Shown here one piece after another: positions 11,000-21,498 of a DNA stretch of 64,000 bases (its first letter is position 1; each line of letters begins with the position of its first letter). The notes beneath the pieces were generated by a model. It made no database searches and was not told the DNA's origin. It saw nothing but the letters and a program-made list of their open reading frames with translations. The stretch is from the NCBI GenBank assembly GCA_051599415.1, contig AP039691.1:1-64000 (forward strand), given 5' to 3'. Position numbers and translations under genes: made by a program. This stretch comes from Savitreella phatthalungensis. Lineage: Eukaryota.

Positions 11000-12836
11000 C
11001 GTACTCCTCTCGGACCTCCTCAAGGAGCTTGACCTTCCAGTCCGCGGGAAGTTTCGGTCGCCCCTTGTATTTGAGCTGCAAGAGGTCCCCAACCTCGTCA
11101 CAAGCGTCCAGAAGCCTGTCAAGATCGTCCTTGTTGTGCGCAGCGCTGACACAGAAGCGCACACGCGACTTAATCAGAGGTGTGGCCGGATATGCGACAA
11201 TGACGACGGCGATCTTGCGCTTAAGCATTTGATGACTGAAGGCCGGCATCTTGGCCGGATTGTACAGTAGGAGCGGGATGATGGGTGACGCTGGATGGCC
11301 ATAAATGATAAAACCCAGCTTCTTGAGGCCAAGTCTGAGGTAGATTGAGTTGAACGCCAGGCGTTCAACCCTCTCGACGCCGTCGAGCCCGGGAATTTCT
11401 CGCGCAATGCTGCGCAGAGACGTGCTCACTTGCTGAATAACGATCGGCGACATGGCCTCAACAAGCACGGAGCCAGCATTAGACAGCTTGAGCTTGTCGA
11501 TGAAGTGCTGTTCAGCGGCGATGTAACCTCCTGCAGCGCCGAATGACTTGGTGAAAGTTCCCATGAGGATATCTACCTTGGCGGGATCGATGCCATAGAA
11601 GTCACATACACCCCTACCTCTGCGTCCGAGTGCCCCGATCGAATGCGCTTCATCGATGAAAAGATAGAACTTGTATTTCTCCTTCAGCGCAATGAGACCA
11701 GGCAAGTTACACATCGTGCCCTCCATCGAATAGAGACCTTCGACAACGACGAGGATTTTCTTCCAAGGACGATGAGTGCGCGGCTGACCCTGTGAGATCA
11801 CCTCACGCAAGAGTCGCTCAAGTGCATCCATGTCGTTATGGGTGAAGATTCGAATTGCCGCTCCCGACAGACGGGACCCCCAGCGAATGCTAGCGTGATT
11901 GAGCTCATCCGAAATGACCAGACAGCCTTTTGAGACAAGTGCGGAAAAGATGGTCGCGTTGACTCCAAAACCCTGCGAAAATACGGAGGCGGCTGGCTTG
12001 CCGACAAAGCGGGCGGTGAGCTTTTCGAGATCCTCGTGCAGATCGAGGGTGCCGGCTTCTGATCTTGTAGCGCAAGATGAGAGACCGTACTTCTCGACAA
12101 CCTGCTCAACGTCGTCTGCGCAAGCGCCAACACTCTCTGCATACCCGAGATAGTTATAGCTCGATAGATTCAGACAATCAGTCGTGCCACCAACAAGCTG
12201 AAAGCTGATATTGTGGTCCCGCGACTCGCGGTTGAGTAGCGTGATAAAGCGGCCGGGCACTCCCGTTGTCGGTCGATTGAAGCAGTCGTTGATGCGCATC
12301 TTAAGGCGGCGGACGTAGAAATTGTCGAAGTCGGAATTGAGCGGAGCGTAGCCGTTCTGTTGCTTGAGGTGAGCATACCTCTTGCTTGCGAAGCGCTTGC
12401 CGAAGAAGTCACGCACATGTCCAAGGACAATGAGGATCAAATAGGAAATGTAGGTCGTGATGAGGAAATAAAGCGGCGGATCTTCGTCGATGTGGCCTAC
12501 TGGCGCGCCGATCGACGTTGATGGCAGCTTGTGTTTATTATCTTTAAGCGGGGCGTATTGACGTTCATTTTGCGGCTGCCTCGTGTGACCACCATCAGCT
12601 GTCCTAGGTACACTGCTGATTGGAGGGTCGCGCTTTGCCGGCGACGCCAATTCCCCGTGTCTCATGTCGTCGTCAAAGCGGGTGATGGAGGTTGTCGTGG
12701 ACGGACTCGAGAACGGCGAAGTAGGTTTCGGCGAGCCAGCAAAGAAGGATCCAAGTTTAGCTCTGTCAGAAAGACCGGAGGATGTTCTGTGGAGCACCTG
12801 ACTGCTTCCTTCTGCCGAACGTGTACGCGCGACCAT
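10992..12836 (-). CDS. LCB2: Serine palmitoyltransferase subunit 2
   Basis: CLNLSSYNYLG, DEAHSIGA and PLP-lysine motif GTFTKSFG. Confidence 0.96.
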   Translation of the reverse strand: MVARTRSAEGSSQVLHRTSSGLSDRAKLGSFFAGSPKPTSPFSSPSTTTSITRFDDDMRHGELASPAKRDPPISSVPRTADGGHTRQPQNERQYAPLKDNKHKLPSTSIGAPVGHIDEDPPLYFLITTYISYLILIVLGHVRDFFGKRFASKRYAHLKQQNGYAPLNSDFDNFYVRRLKMRINDCFNRPTTGVPGRFITLLNRESRDHNISFQLVGGTTDCLNLSSYNYLGYAESVGACADDVEQVVEKYGLSSCATRSEAGTLDLHEDLEKLTARFVGKPAASVFSQGFGVNATIFSALVSKGCLVISDELNHASIRWGSRLSGAAIRIFTHNDMDALERLLREVISQGQPRTHRPWKKILVVVEGLYSMEGTMCNLPGLIALKEKYKFYLFIDEAHSIGALGRRGRGVCDFYGIDPAKVDILMGTFTKSFGAAGGYIAAEQHFIDKLKLSNAGSVLVEAMSPIVIQQVSTSLRSIAREIPGLDGVERVERLAFNSIYLRLGLKKLGFIIYGHPASPIIPLLLYNPAKMPAFSHQMLKRKIAVVIVAYPATPLIKSRVRFCVSAAHNKDDLDRLLDACDEVGDLLQLKYKGRPKLPADWKVKLLEEVREEYAK

Positions 12837-13061
12837 GAGAAGCAGACCTTCAGACTTTATGGCTGCGTCGTCTTACGTGCAAGCATACAGGTTTCTGTTC
12901 CAAATACAATTCCGCCGGCGAGGCTGCCGGAGTAGCAAAATTCCATTGTAGACTGACCGCGCCTAAGTTATCACTCACCACGCGGCACAGCGTCATGGAC
13001 CCGATTCGCACATGCATGATATCCGTGCCATCAGTAAGGCAGGTATGAAAGAGCGATAACA

Positions 13062-13799
13062 CTACAACTTTGTCTCCCACTTATAGAATCTCGCAAGCCA
13101 TGAGTCGTATGGCGGCTTGCCCTTAGCTGGGACATAATGACAGTCCTCGTACACCTTCAGCTGTTCCCAGAACCCTTCATTCGGTCGTCTGTGGAGCGAT
13201 GTCAGTGTGTGAGGTTGATCCCTCCTTCGAACACATACACTTGTCTCCGGCGATGTTTGATGAGCCTGAAAGCCTCGTCACGTGTAAGACCTTCGCTGGA
13301 CATTAAGAAGGCACAAAGCACTGTTGAAGATCGGCTGATCCCCGCCTGACTGCGCCGTCAGTACTGATTAGCTCCGATCCTACAAGGAGCATACCAGTGT
13401 ATCAGACAATTACCGCCTTGCTCAACCGCATCACGAATAAAGGCGTGAGTGTGCCTGAATTCGTCGATGATGTTTTCGTCCGGGTAGTCTAGCTTTAGAC
13501 AGTTAACGCATGTTTCTGTGCAACCTAGGACTTACAATATCCAGCTTGAGGTGCTTCACATCAGTCGGCCTATAAAGACGTCAGCATGTGTGGCGTGGAT
13601 CGGACTAGACGGACACGATGATGTTTGCAAATGAAAGTAGACTGAGCACATGCGTCACTCTATGTTTTCGCAGAGTCTTCTCATCCTGCGCTGCATACAC
13701 ACTAGATCTTGTTAGCCAGGCGGGACGTTGCGCGAGCTCAGAAGCCTACTCTGAAATGCAAAGATGAGGTGTCACCTGATGGATTACTGGCCAACCCAT
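13062..13799 (-). CDS. Dual-specificity protein phosphatase, 6 exons, about 165 aa
   Basis: Manual splicing of 5 short GT-AG introns with branch sites gives MGWPVIHQVTPHLCISD...THVLSL...LDYPDENI...LIHCQAGISRSSTVLCAFLM...VRPNEGFWEQL...KL*; catalytic HCxAGxSRS is split by intron 4. Confidence 0.88.
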
Positions 13800-14009
13800 C
13801 CGGTATCCCCCTGACGTTTTCTTTTTAGACTGCTCTCCTGCCACGACGTAGACAAATCTTCCATACCTGTGCGGTGGTGTCAAAGTAGGTGCAGATCCCC
13901 ACGACTGCGGAGTGATGGGTGCCCGTGCCCGGGTGCAGCTATTCTTCGGCTCCACTAAATAAAGGGAAAAGGATGGCGAAGCATTCATTTTGGCTATGGA
14001 TCTCCGTGC

Positions 14010-15104
14010 TCACACTTGGTCAGCTCGAGAAGCAACCTCAGGGAATGCTCTGAGGTATGGCGAGATGTCACCCCACCAAGTCTCGCCGTGGGCGCGATAC
14101 CATGCAACGGTTTTCGCCAGCCCATTTTCGAGCGTAGTCGACTGCTTCCATCCGAGTTTGTGCAACTTCGCAGCATCAACGGCGTAGCGCATATCGTTGA
14201 AAGGCCGATCGTGGGTGTGGCGAACCCAATGGGCTTGATCTTCTGTCGAGATGTCAAACGATTGCAGGAGACGAACGCACAAATCTCTATTCGAGACCTC
14301 GTCCTTTGAGCCGATGTTATATATTTCACCAACTTTGCCGAGGTGGAAGATCGTGTCAAAGGCATCTGCGGCATCTCCGGCGTATAAGTATCTGCGAGTC
14401 GGACTGCCGTCACCATGCAGCACGCACGGCAGATTGCGGGAAAGCAGCATGCAGAACTTCGGAATAATCTTTTCCGGGAATTGATGAGGACCGTACACGT
14501 TGTTCGAGCGGACAATGACAACAGGCAGCCTGAAAGACTTGTGGTAAGCATGGACAAGCATTTCAGCGGCTGCCTTTGTGGCCGCATACGGATTGGTCGG
14601 CGCCAGAATCGCCGTTTCGAGCAGATCCGCATCCCCTGCTGCAACCTCCCCATAAACCTCGTCCGTGGAAACATGAATGAAGCGCTTGATAGCAACATTC
14701 TGAGCACATTCCAGGAGGATATGCGTGCCTAGCACATTCGCTCGCGTGAAGCTGTATGAATTACCGAAGGAGAGATCGACATGAGATTGAGCGGCGAAGT
14801 GGACCACTGCATCGACGGCGTACTTGCGCAGCACGTCAAGCAGCCGATCTGCGTCTCCCACGTCCCCGCGCTCGAAAACGAAGTTCGGCTCGTTGAGAAT
14901 AGCGGCGACATTGTTCAAAGTGGCACAATAGTCAAGCTTATCGAAGCAGACGATCCTGTAGTTGTTGGCATATTGACGGACGAAATGGCGAGCCACCCAA
15001 CTACCAATGAAGCCCGCTGCCCCGGTCATAAGGATGGTCTTGATTTCAGGCCTTGGCTCGTAACGAGAGCACCCGATCAGTGCGACATCCACAGACGGCG
15101 TCAT
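14010..15104 (-). CDS. UDP/dTDP-glucose 4,6-dehydratase (RmlB-like)
   Basis: GAAGFIG, HFAAQSHVDLSF, STDEVYG, YAATK, NNVYGPHQFPEK; likely ATG at 15104. Confidence 0.94.
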   Translation of the reverse strand: MTPSVDVALIGCSRYEPRPEIKTILMTGAAGFIGSWVARHFVRQYANNYRIVCFDKLDYCATLNNVAAILNEPNFVFERGDVGDADRLLDVLRKYAVDAVVHFAAQSHVDLSFGNSYSFTRANVLGTHILLECAQNVAIKRFIHVSTDEVYGEVAAGDADLLETAILAPTNPYAATKAAAEMLVHAYHKSFRLPVVIVRSNNVYGPHQFPEKIIPKFCMLLSRNLPCVLHGDGSPTRRYLYAGDAADAFDTIFHLGKVGEIYNIGSKDEVSNRDLCVRLLQSFDISTEDQAHWVRHTHDRPFNDMRYAVDAAKLHKLGWKQSTTLENGLAKTVAWYRAHGETWWGDISPYLRAFPEVASRADQV

Positions 15105-15256
15105 GACAAGAATATGCCTGGACTTAGGAAGAGGGCGTGTCTTCGAACTCTTGTATAGACACCCTGACACATACCATGTTTCAGAGCGATTACAAGTATT
15201 GCCACGAGGCTGTTATTTAAAGGCTGCGACTCATCCTGTACGCCAAGTATCGAGAC

Positions 15257-16138
15257 ATGCGTGCCCTCGTATTCGGCGAGAATGGATGGATTGGTGGACA
15301 GATGATCGCGCTGCTGCGAAAAGAAGGTGTCGAGACGCACACGGCCGATTGCCGATTGGAGGATCGCGGCACAGTTCTCGAGCTGATAAAAGAAATCAGC
15401 CCTACACATGTCTTCAACTGCGCCGGCGTCACCGGTAGGCCCAACGTCGATTGGTGTGAGACTAATCAAAAGCAGACCGTGCGGTCGAACATCATCGGTA
15501 CTCTCAATTTACTCGATTGCTGTGATTTGAAAGGTATTCATGTGACGAACTTTGCCACTGGTTGCATGTACGTCTATGACGATCAGCATCCGATCAGATC
15601 TGGTAAAGGGTTCACCGAGGCCGACCCTCCGAACTTCTTCGGCAGCTACTATTCGAAGACGAAGGCAATGGCCGAAGAATTGTCCAAGGCATACGACAAT
15701 GTGCTTACGCTCCGCCTGCGCATGCCTGTTTCGGACGATCTGCATCCACGTAACTTCGTCACGAAGATTACAAAGTACGAAAAGGTGGTCGATGTGCCAA
15801 ACTCGAATTCAATCCTACATGATCTACTACCGGTGGCGATTCTGCTGGCATCTCACAGCGTCAGCGGCATCTATAACTTCACGAACCCAGGAGCAATCTC
15901 GCACAACGAGGTTTTAACCTTGTATCGTGACAAGATTGACCCTTCTTTTAAGTGGACGAATTTCTCTCTCGAAGAGCAAGCCAAGGTCATTAGAGCCGGC
16001 AGATCCAACTGCGAACTTGACACCTCCAAGCTCGAGCGAAAAGTTGCAGAGTACGGACTTACGATCCCTGAAGTTCATCTGGCCTACAATGCATGTTTCG
16101 ACCGCCTTAAAGCGACGGCGCAAGAACACAGAGACTGA
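15257..16138 (+). CDS. NDP-4-keto-6-deoxyglucose 3,5-epimerase/4-reductase (NRS/ER type, rhamnose synthesis)
   Basis: GENGWIG, AGVTGRPNVDWCE, GSYYSKTK, LRLRMP, NFTNPGAISHNE, RSNCELD motifs. Confidence 0.93.
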   Translation: MRALVFGENGWIGGQMIALLRKEGVETHTADCRLEDRGTVLELIKEISPTHVFNCAGVTGRPNVDWCETNQKQTVRSNIIGTLNLLDCCDLKGIHVTNFATGCMYVYDDQHPIRSGKGFTEADPPNFFGSYYSKTKAMAEELSKAYDNVLTLRLRMPVSDDLHPRNFVTKITKYEKVVDVPNSNSILHDLLPVAILLASHSVSGIYNFTNPGAISHNEVLTLYRDKIDPSFKWTNFSLEEQAKVIRAGRSNCELDTSKLERKVAEYGLTIPEVHLAYNACFDRLKATAQEHRD

Positions 16139-16867
16139 AGTTCAGATTCTCTCCTTCTGAAGCAGACATCGCAATGAAAGAGCGAACACTCGCGAGGGCT
16201 TTATCTGACAGAACATCTTCATCGGAATCTAGCGAGCAACGGCCAATCGGCCCCGGTTGACCGCCATCCAGTTCGTAAAATTGATTGTTGCTGTTTGACT
16301 TGACAAAGGCGACAAAGTGGAGGTTCACATCTGCTTCTGCGTCGATCGGCGCCGACTGACCGTGCGAGGCGACATCGTTGTGTGCATTCAGAATGAGTTT
16401 CGACGCCTCGATCATTGTCACCCGCGTGCTCATGGGTTCGCGCTTCAATGAGTGTGTAAACTTCAAGAACTCGCTGTCAAGCTCAAGTGTCTGCTCGTTA
16501 TTTACCAAGGCATGCAAAATCGCCATCTGTGTGCCAATCAGTCAATCTGTAGATGAGCTTCGACAGGTGTCAGACTTACAGTGCCACACGCATTTCCGAT
16601 CGTTTGCTTCAGCCAGATGACATGTTCGGTATCCGATCTTTCCGATACGCCGCAACTTTGCCTCTCATTCTCAAGCCTTCGCCGCTCGTAGCTTTCCGTG
16701 ATTGGAAATATCATAATGAGTGCGAGAGCAGGTCGAGGCACGTAGGACAATAGTTCCGGATCGTCCAGTGAGTAGACATCTTGAAAAGCGAATTTACGGT
16801 CTAGATTCAGCTTGTAAGCCAGTTCAGTGAGCACTTCTGGATTGTTCTCGAGTGGCCTGACACGCAT
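16107..16867 (-). CDS. YUH1: Ubiquitin C-terminal hydrolase (peptidase C12), 2 exons, intron 16527-16579
   Basis: PLENNPEV, QTIGNACGT (Cys), LHFVAF (His), YELDG (Asp); GTAAGT...CTGAT...CAG intron joins the two ORF-track fragments in frame. Confidence 0.9.
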
Positions 16868-17220
16868 TGCGCGAGAATAAGTCACGATACGAAACAATCA
16901 GAAACTACAGGCTTGACCGCGATGAGCAGTGGCCTTCTCGCCAAATTGCTTGCGGTTGAGTGTGAATAATCGATCACGTTCTGGTAGTCAGAGTCTTCAA
17001 ATTACAGGAGATGCAAGATACGCTTGATCAGACGAAAAATTGATCTCATGCGGGGCCGGCCTTAATACGTCATCCATCACGCTCAAGGTCGCTTCCCCTG
17101 ATCACAGGGCAGCTGTCGTTACACAGTCGTCAATCGACTTCTCCTATCCTGCGGTCCACAAGCCCGATGCGGGTTGCAAATTCGAGAGATCTAGAAAGTT
17201 TGTCTTCGCAGGCCATCATC

Positions 17221-17494
17221 ATGGACCCTTACGCCACGAAGATAAGCATGACTTCAACACCAGTGAGGGATGGGAAAGAGGAGACCGCATGTGCGCAAGA
17301 TGCATCAGCCACAAACACTCTCACGCTGAGCTCGGACGCTCAGATTGATCGCATGCGTGGCGGCTGCATACCATGGTAAGAAGCAGAACTGCATAGGCAA
17401 TTTCGAGGGCAAGACGTGTCGCACAAATGCTGACTTTACCGGCAGTCCAGACGGCGGTTGCTGTTACATCATCCCGATCCCATGCTGTTGCTGA
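17221..17494 (+). CDS. 67-aa microprotein with RMRGG motif and Cys-rich (CYSTM-like) tail, intron 17376-17445
   Basis: GTAAG...GCTGAC...CAG intron; spliced product ends QIDRMRGGCIPCPDGGCCYIIPIPCCC*. Confidence 0.75.
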
Positions 17495-18475
17495 CGACAG
17501 CCTGTTCAAGGCTCAGCCTCCTGCAGAACGTCGAACGCGGTCACGTGCCATTGTCATCCGAAAGACTCTTCTCGTTCGGCACGAGGCCGCATTGATTCTT
17601 GCATTTGGTTTTTGCAGCCGTACATATTCAATATCGATTCCATGAAATTTGCGCGATTGACACTGTGAAACTTCCGCACCTTGAACGCTTGAGGCCGAAA
17701 GTCCCATCGGTACTCACTGAGGGTGATCTGGCCCGGTTGTAAGGTAGGATGAGTTGGGAACAGGCAATATTTGTCTTGCCAGACTTAACACATCTCTGTA
17801 TACATGATCAGGGCTCAATGGGGCTTTCCATCGATGAGTGTATGCATATTGTCAAAGTTAGGTCACGTGCTCCCGCGCCGAACGAAGATCTATGCGAGAA
17901 CAGCATCAGTGATTATTCATGTACATGACATACTCAAACGATATACATGTCATTTACACAGGTACGTCGTGTAGCGTAACTCAGAACGTCGATCATTTTG
18001 ACAAGCTTTGCTACGACATACACGTGGTATACATGGGTAGCGTACGGATGCTATATGTTGTCTTATAGGGTAGAAACGTAATGGGGTGTCGGCTAATTGA
18101 ACGTGGTATGCAGATGAAGCATTTTCAAGTGACCAAGGCTTGTCAAGCGTCCACCGGAACCTCGAGCCCTAAACGGCGCGATATTGGTAGGATTTTATCA
18201 TCAATAATTTGCTGATCGTGAATAGTGCACTCGTGGTCAGCGATGTGGACTGTGGGAAATGATCATGCACTGAAAATTTCAGGCACTTGGACACGTGATG
18301 ACTGCTTGTCATTCGCAGCCAGTCTGGGGCGCGTAGCAGGACTCAGCGCGATTGCACTCCGTCTTGCTATCACTCATGGTAACGGACTCCAGCAACAGCG
18401 GCCTGCCTCCAGTCGTGCGTGTACACCAACAATTGAGAAGAAGGTGACTGGAATATAATCTGGATATCTGCCAAG

Positions 18476-18871
18476 ATGGCTGCCTCAGCGCCTCATGTGC
18501 CAATCGTCAAGAAGCGCACCAAGCGCTTCAATCGCTTCCAAAGCGACCGTTTCATGCGTGTCGGTGCATCTTGGAGAAAGCCCAAGGGTATCGACAATCG
18601 TGTCCGTCGGAGGTTCAAGGGTACAATGGTTATGCCCAGCATCGGCTTCGGCTCAAACAAGAAGACCCGCCACATGATGCCATCCGGCCACAAGGCCTTC
18701 CTGGTTCGGAATGTGAAGGATGTTGAGCTTCTTCTAATGCACTCGAAGACCTACGCAGCAGAAATCGCCAGCAGCGTATCATCCAAGAAGCGCATCGACA
18801 TCATTGCCAAGGCAAAGCAACTCAATGTCAAGGTGACAAACGACACGGCGAAGGTCAGGAGCCAGGAGTAA
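18476..18871 (+). CDS. RPL32: 60S ribosomal protein L32 (eL32)
   Basis: [17 protein letters not shown] and [17 protein letters not shown]. Confidence 0.98.
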   Translation: MAASAPHVPIVKKRTKRFNRFQSDRFMRVGASWRKPKGIDNRVRRRFKGTMVMPSIGFGSNKKTRHMMPSGHKAFLVRNVKDVELLLMHSKTYAAEIASSVSSKKRIDIIAKAKQLNVKVTNDTAKVRSQE

Positions 18872-19106
18872 AGTGACTGATTGCGAAATAACAAGCGACC
18901 TGACGACCTGGCGCTGCGATCGGCTTTTCTGGCTGAGAACAATAGCTTCTTACTTATGACATGCACTTTCATATTGAACTCATCCGTCGGCGCATTTGAA
19001 TTGTCTTACGTGTTTCAGCTCTGCGACTGACCAGATCCATAAAGACAGTATTTGTGCGCGCGCACATATTGACAAACAGGTAGCACACTGAATTGTTGCG
19101 AGCACG

Positions 19107-20063
19107 ATGGACTTGCCCGTACAGATCTGGACAATTTTTTCGGAGTGGTACGAAGACGTGCGCTTCAAGGAGCAGACAGCGCCTCAGCATGACCTGCGCG
19201 GCAAAGTTATCCTGATCACGGGCGGCAGCGCCGGGCTCGGCGCAGAAAGTGCGAAGCAGTTGGCAGCCATGAAGCCGGAGAAGATCATCTTGACTGCGCG
19301 CAATGTCGCAAAGGCGGAGGCTGTCGCTGAAGCCTTAAGACAGACGACTGTGCACATTCAGGTCGAAGAGCTAGACCTATGCTCTCTTGGCAGCGTGCAA
19401 CGTTTAAGCAAGAGGTTGCTCGACACCGAGTCACGCCTTGACGTCCTCATGTGCAATGCAGGTGTCGGTCACAATGTGGGACGTAAGCTCAAGACGGATG
19501 ACGGATTCGACGACATGTTCCAGGCAAATAATCTGGGCCATTTCTTACTGGTGCGTAACCTTCATCCTCTCCTTGCAAAGACCGGGACAAAAGCAGCGCC
19601 AGCGCGTATAATCACCTTGAGCTCGCTGGCCCACCGTTTCGCCTGGGGTTTCAAAGTGGATCACTGCAACAACCCCAAAGGGCAACCTGGCAATGCCTTC
19701 TACGGTCCCACGAAGGTGATGAGCATATGGATGGCGAAAGGCTTTGCAAAAGACTACGCCAAGGACAACATCACCGCAAATAGTCTTCATCCCGGAACCG
19801 TCAATACCGAATTTGCAGAGAAGTTTGGCGCAACGCTGATGTCGAAGGCGTTTCCCGTGATTTATGCTTTCTTCGATCGCGGTCTTCATGCAGGAGCTGC
19901 TACTCAAGTCTACCTTGCAAGCGCGCCGGAAGCCGCACACTTCACGGGTCAGTACTTCAGTAGCATGCGCGCAGTCGCAGCCACTGCTCTGGCTGAGGAT
20001 CAGAGGCAATACGAGGTTTTCATGAACGTCTGTGATGAGTATGTCAAGGATTATCGCCTCTGA
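19107..20063 (+). CDS. Short-chain dehydrogenase/reductase (retinol dehydrogenase/WWOX-like)
   Basis: TGGSAGLG, CNAG, NNLGHFLL, YGPTK, HPGTVNT. Confidence 0.9.
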   Translation: MDLPVQIWTIFSEWYEDVRFKEQTAPQHDLRGKVILITGGSAGLGAESAKQLAAMKPEKIILTARNVAKAEAVAEALRQTTVHIQVEELDLCSLGSVQRLSKRLLDTESRLDVLMCNAGVGHNVGRKLKTDDGFDDMFQANNLGHFLLVRNLHPLLAKTGTKAAPARIITLSSLAHRFAWGFKVDHCNNPKGQPGNAFYGPTKVMSIWMAKGFAKDYAKDNITANSLHPGTVNTEFAEKFGATLMSKAFPVIYAFFDRGLHAGAATQVYLASAPEAAHFTGQYFSSMRAVAATALAEDQRQYEVFMNVCDEYVKDYRL

Positions 20064-20281
20064 ATACCAGACATGGGCGGCACGACGCACAATTGATAAT
20101 ACGGATATCCGCATTTCAAACTACGCACGCATTTCATAAATTCGTCTGATCAAACCTGGTTGATTCGCTTCGCGTGACAACATCGTTACTTAGATTCGTC
20201 ATCGTCTGGTGCAACTTATTCGGACCAGTCAGAGAACACTAAACAGATTGCTGAGGATCAGGAGCGATTTTGGCATTCGTC

Positions 20282-21436
20282 ATGTCCTCGACACAGGCGT
20301 CGCTGACCATCAAAGCATCCAACGACAAGAAATACCACATTCAAATTGCCCTCTCAAGAACAGTCGCCGAGCTCAAGACTGAAATCGCTGAGGTCAGCTC
20401 CATCTCGGCCGACAAGCAACGCCTGATCTACTCTGGCCGCATTCTAAGCAAAGAAGATGAATCTCTCGAAGGCTACAGAATCAAGGATGGCAACACAATC
20501 CATCTCGTTCAGAGCAGGGGCGCGACAACTCCTTCGACTACGAACAGTGGGGCTGCAGACACGTCCAGGGATGTGAACCCGACGATCCAAGGTACAACAC
20601 AGATACCCATGGCTGCAGGAACAGGCAATGCAAACCCTCTTACCGGTCTGACCGGCGCGCGTTACGCTGGCCAAGTCGGCTTACCGTCTGCATCGATGTT
20701 TGGTGCAGACGGCGGCATGACGGGTTTTCCGGGTGGCATCGACAACCTGGAAGAGATGCTTTCTCAGCCTGGAGTTCGAGAGGCTATGGATGCTGCGTTC
20801 AGCAACCCGCAATTCATCGACATGATGATGGCCTCAAACCCCCAATTGCGCGACGCTCCCCCATACGTTCGACAAATGCTTCAATCAGAGCAATTCCGGA
20901 GGCAGATGCTAGACCCGGCGTTTCTGCGGCAGATGCAGCAAATGCAACAGATATTCGGTGGCGGCTCGTCGACAGCTAGTGCTTCATTCCCGGCTCCGGG
21001 CAGTACAGATGGCTCGGCAGCTACGTCCTCAGCAAGTGGAGCGCAGACGTCGGATGGATCGAGCGAATTCCCCGCACAAGCCAATGATATAGGAGCGCTT
21101 CTCGGAGCCTTGGGGCGCATGCCTTCCAGCCAGCCAACTCATACAGGTCCAGCGGGTGGCGGAACTCAACAAGCGACAACGTCCTCCTCTTCCAACAGCT
21201 TCCCTCAGCTCGGTGACCCGGCAATGTTGGGATTCTTACATGCTATGGCCAATAGAGAGGGAATTACATCGTCGGCGCAAGGGGACACGAGACCTGTGGA
21301 AGAGCGCTTCGCGGATCAATTGCGTCAGCTGAACGATATGGGATTCTTCGAATTTGATCGCAACGTTGCTGCACTGCGCAGGTCCGGCGGAAGTGTCCAA
21401 GGTGCTATCGAAGCTCTCCTCAATGGTAGTGTCTGA
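20282..21436 (+). CDS. DSK2: Ubiquilin (UBL-STI1-UBA shuttle factor)
   Basis: N-terminal UBL (QRLIYSGRIL), STI1-like NPQ segments, C-terminal UBA (QLRQLNDMGF). Confidence 0.94.
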   Translation: MSSTQASLTIKASNDKKYHIQIALSRTVAELKTEIAEVSSISADKQRLIYSGRILSKEDESLEGYRIKDGNTIHLVQSRGATTPSTTNSGAADTSRDVNPTIQGTTQIPMAAGTGNANPLTGLTGARYAGQVGLPSASMFGADGGMTGFPGGIDNLEEMLSQPGVREAMDAAFSNPQFIDMMMASNPQLRDAPPYVRQMLQSEQFRRQMLDPAFLRQMQQMQQIFGGGSSTASASFPAPGSTDGSAATSSASGAQTSDGSSEFPAQANDIGALLGALGRMPSSQPTHTGPAGGGTQQATTSSSSNSFPQLGDPAMLGFLHAMANREGITSSAQGDTRPVEERFADQLRQLNDMGFFEFDRNVAALRRSGGSVQGAIEALLNGSV

Positions 21437-21498
21437 AGATCGATTTTAAATTTATTTCTTCAGAAAAATGTGTCACACAATTCGCTTCCTACAAGATC

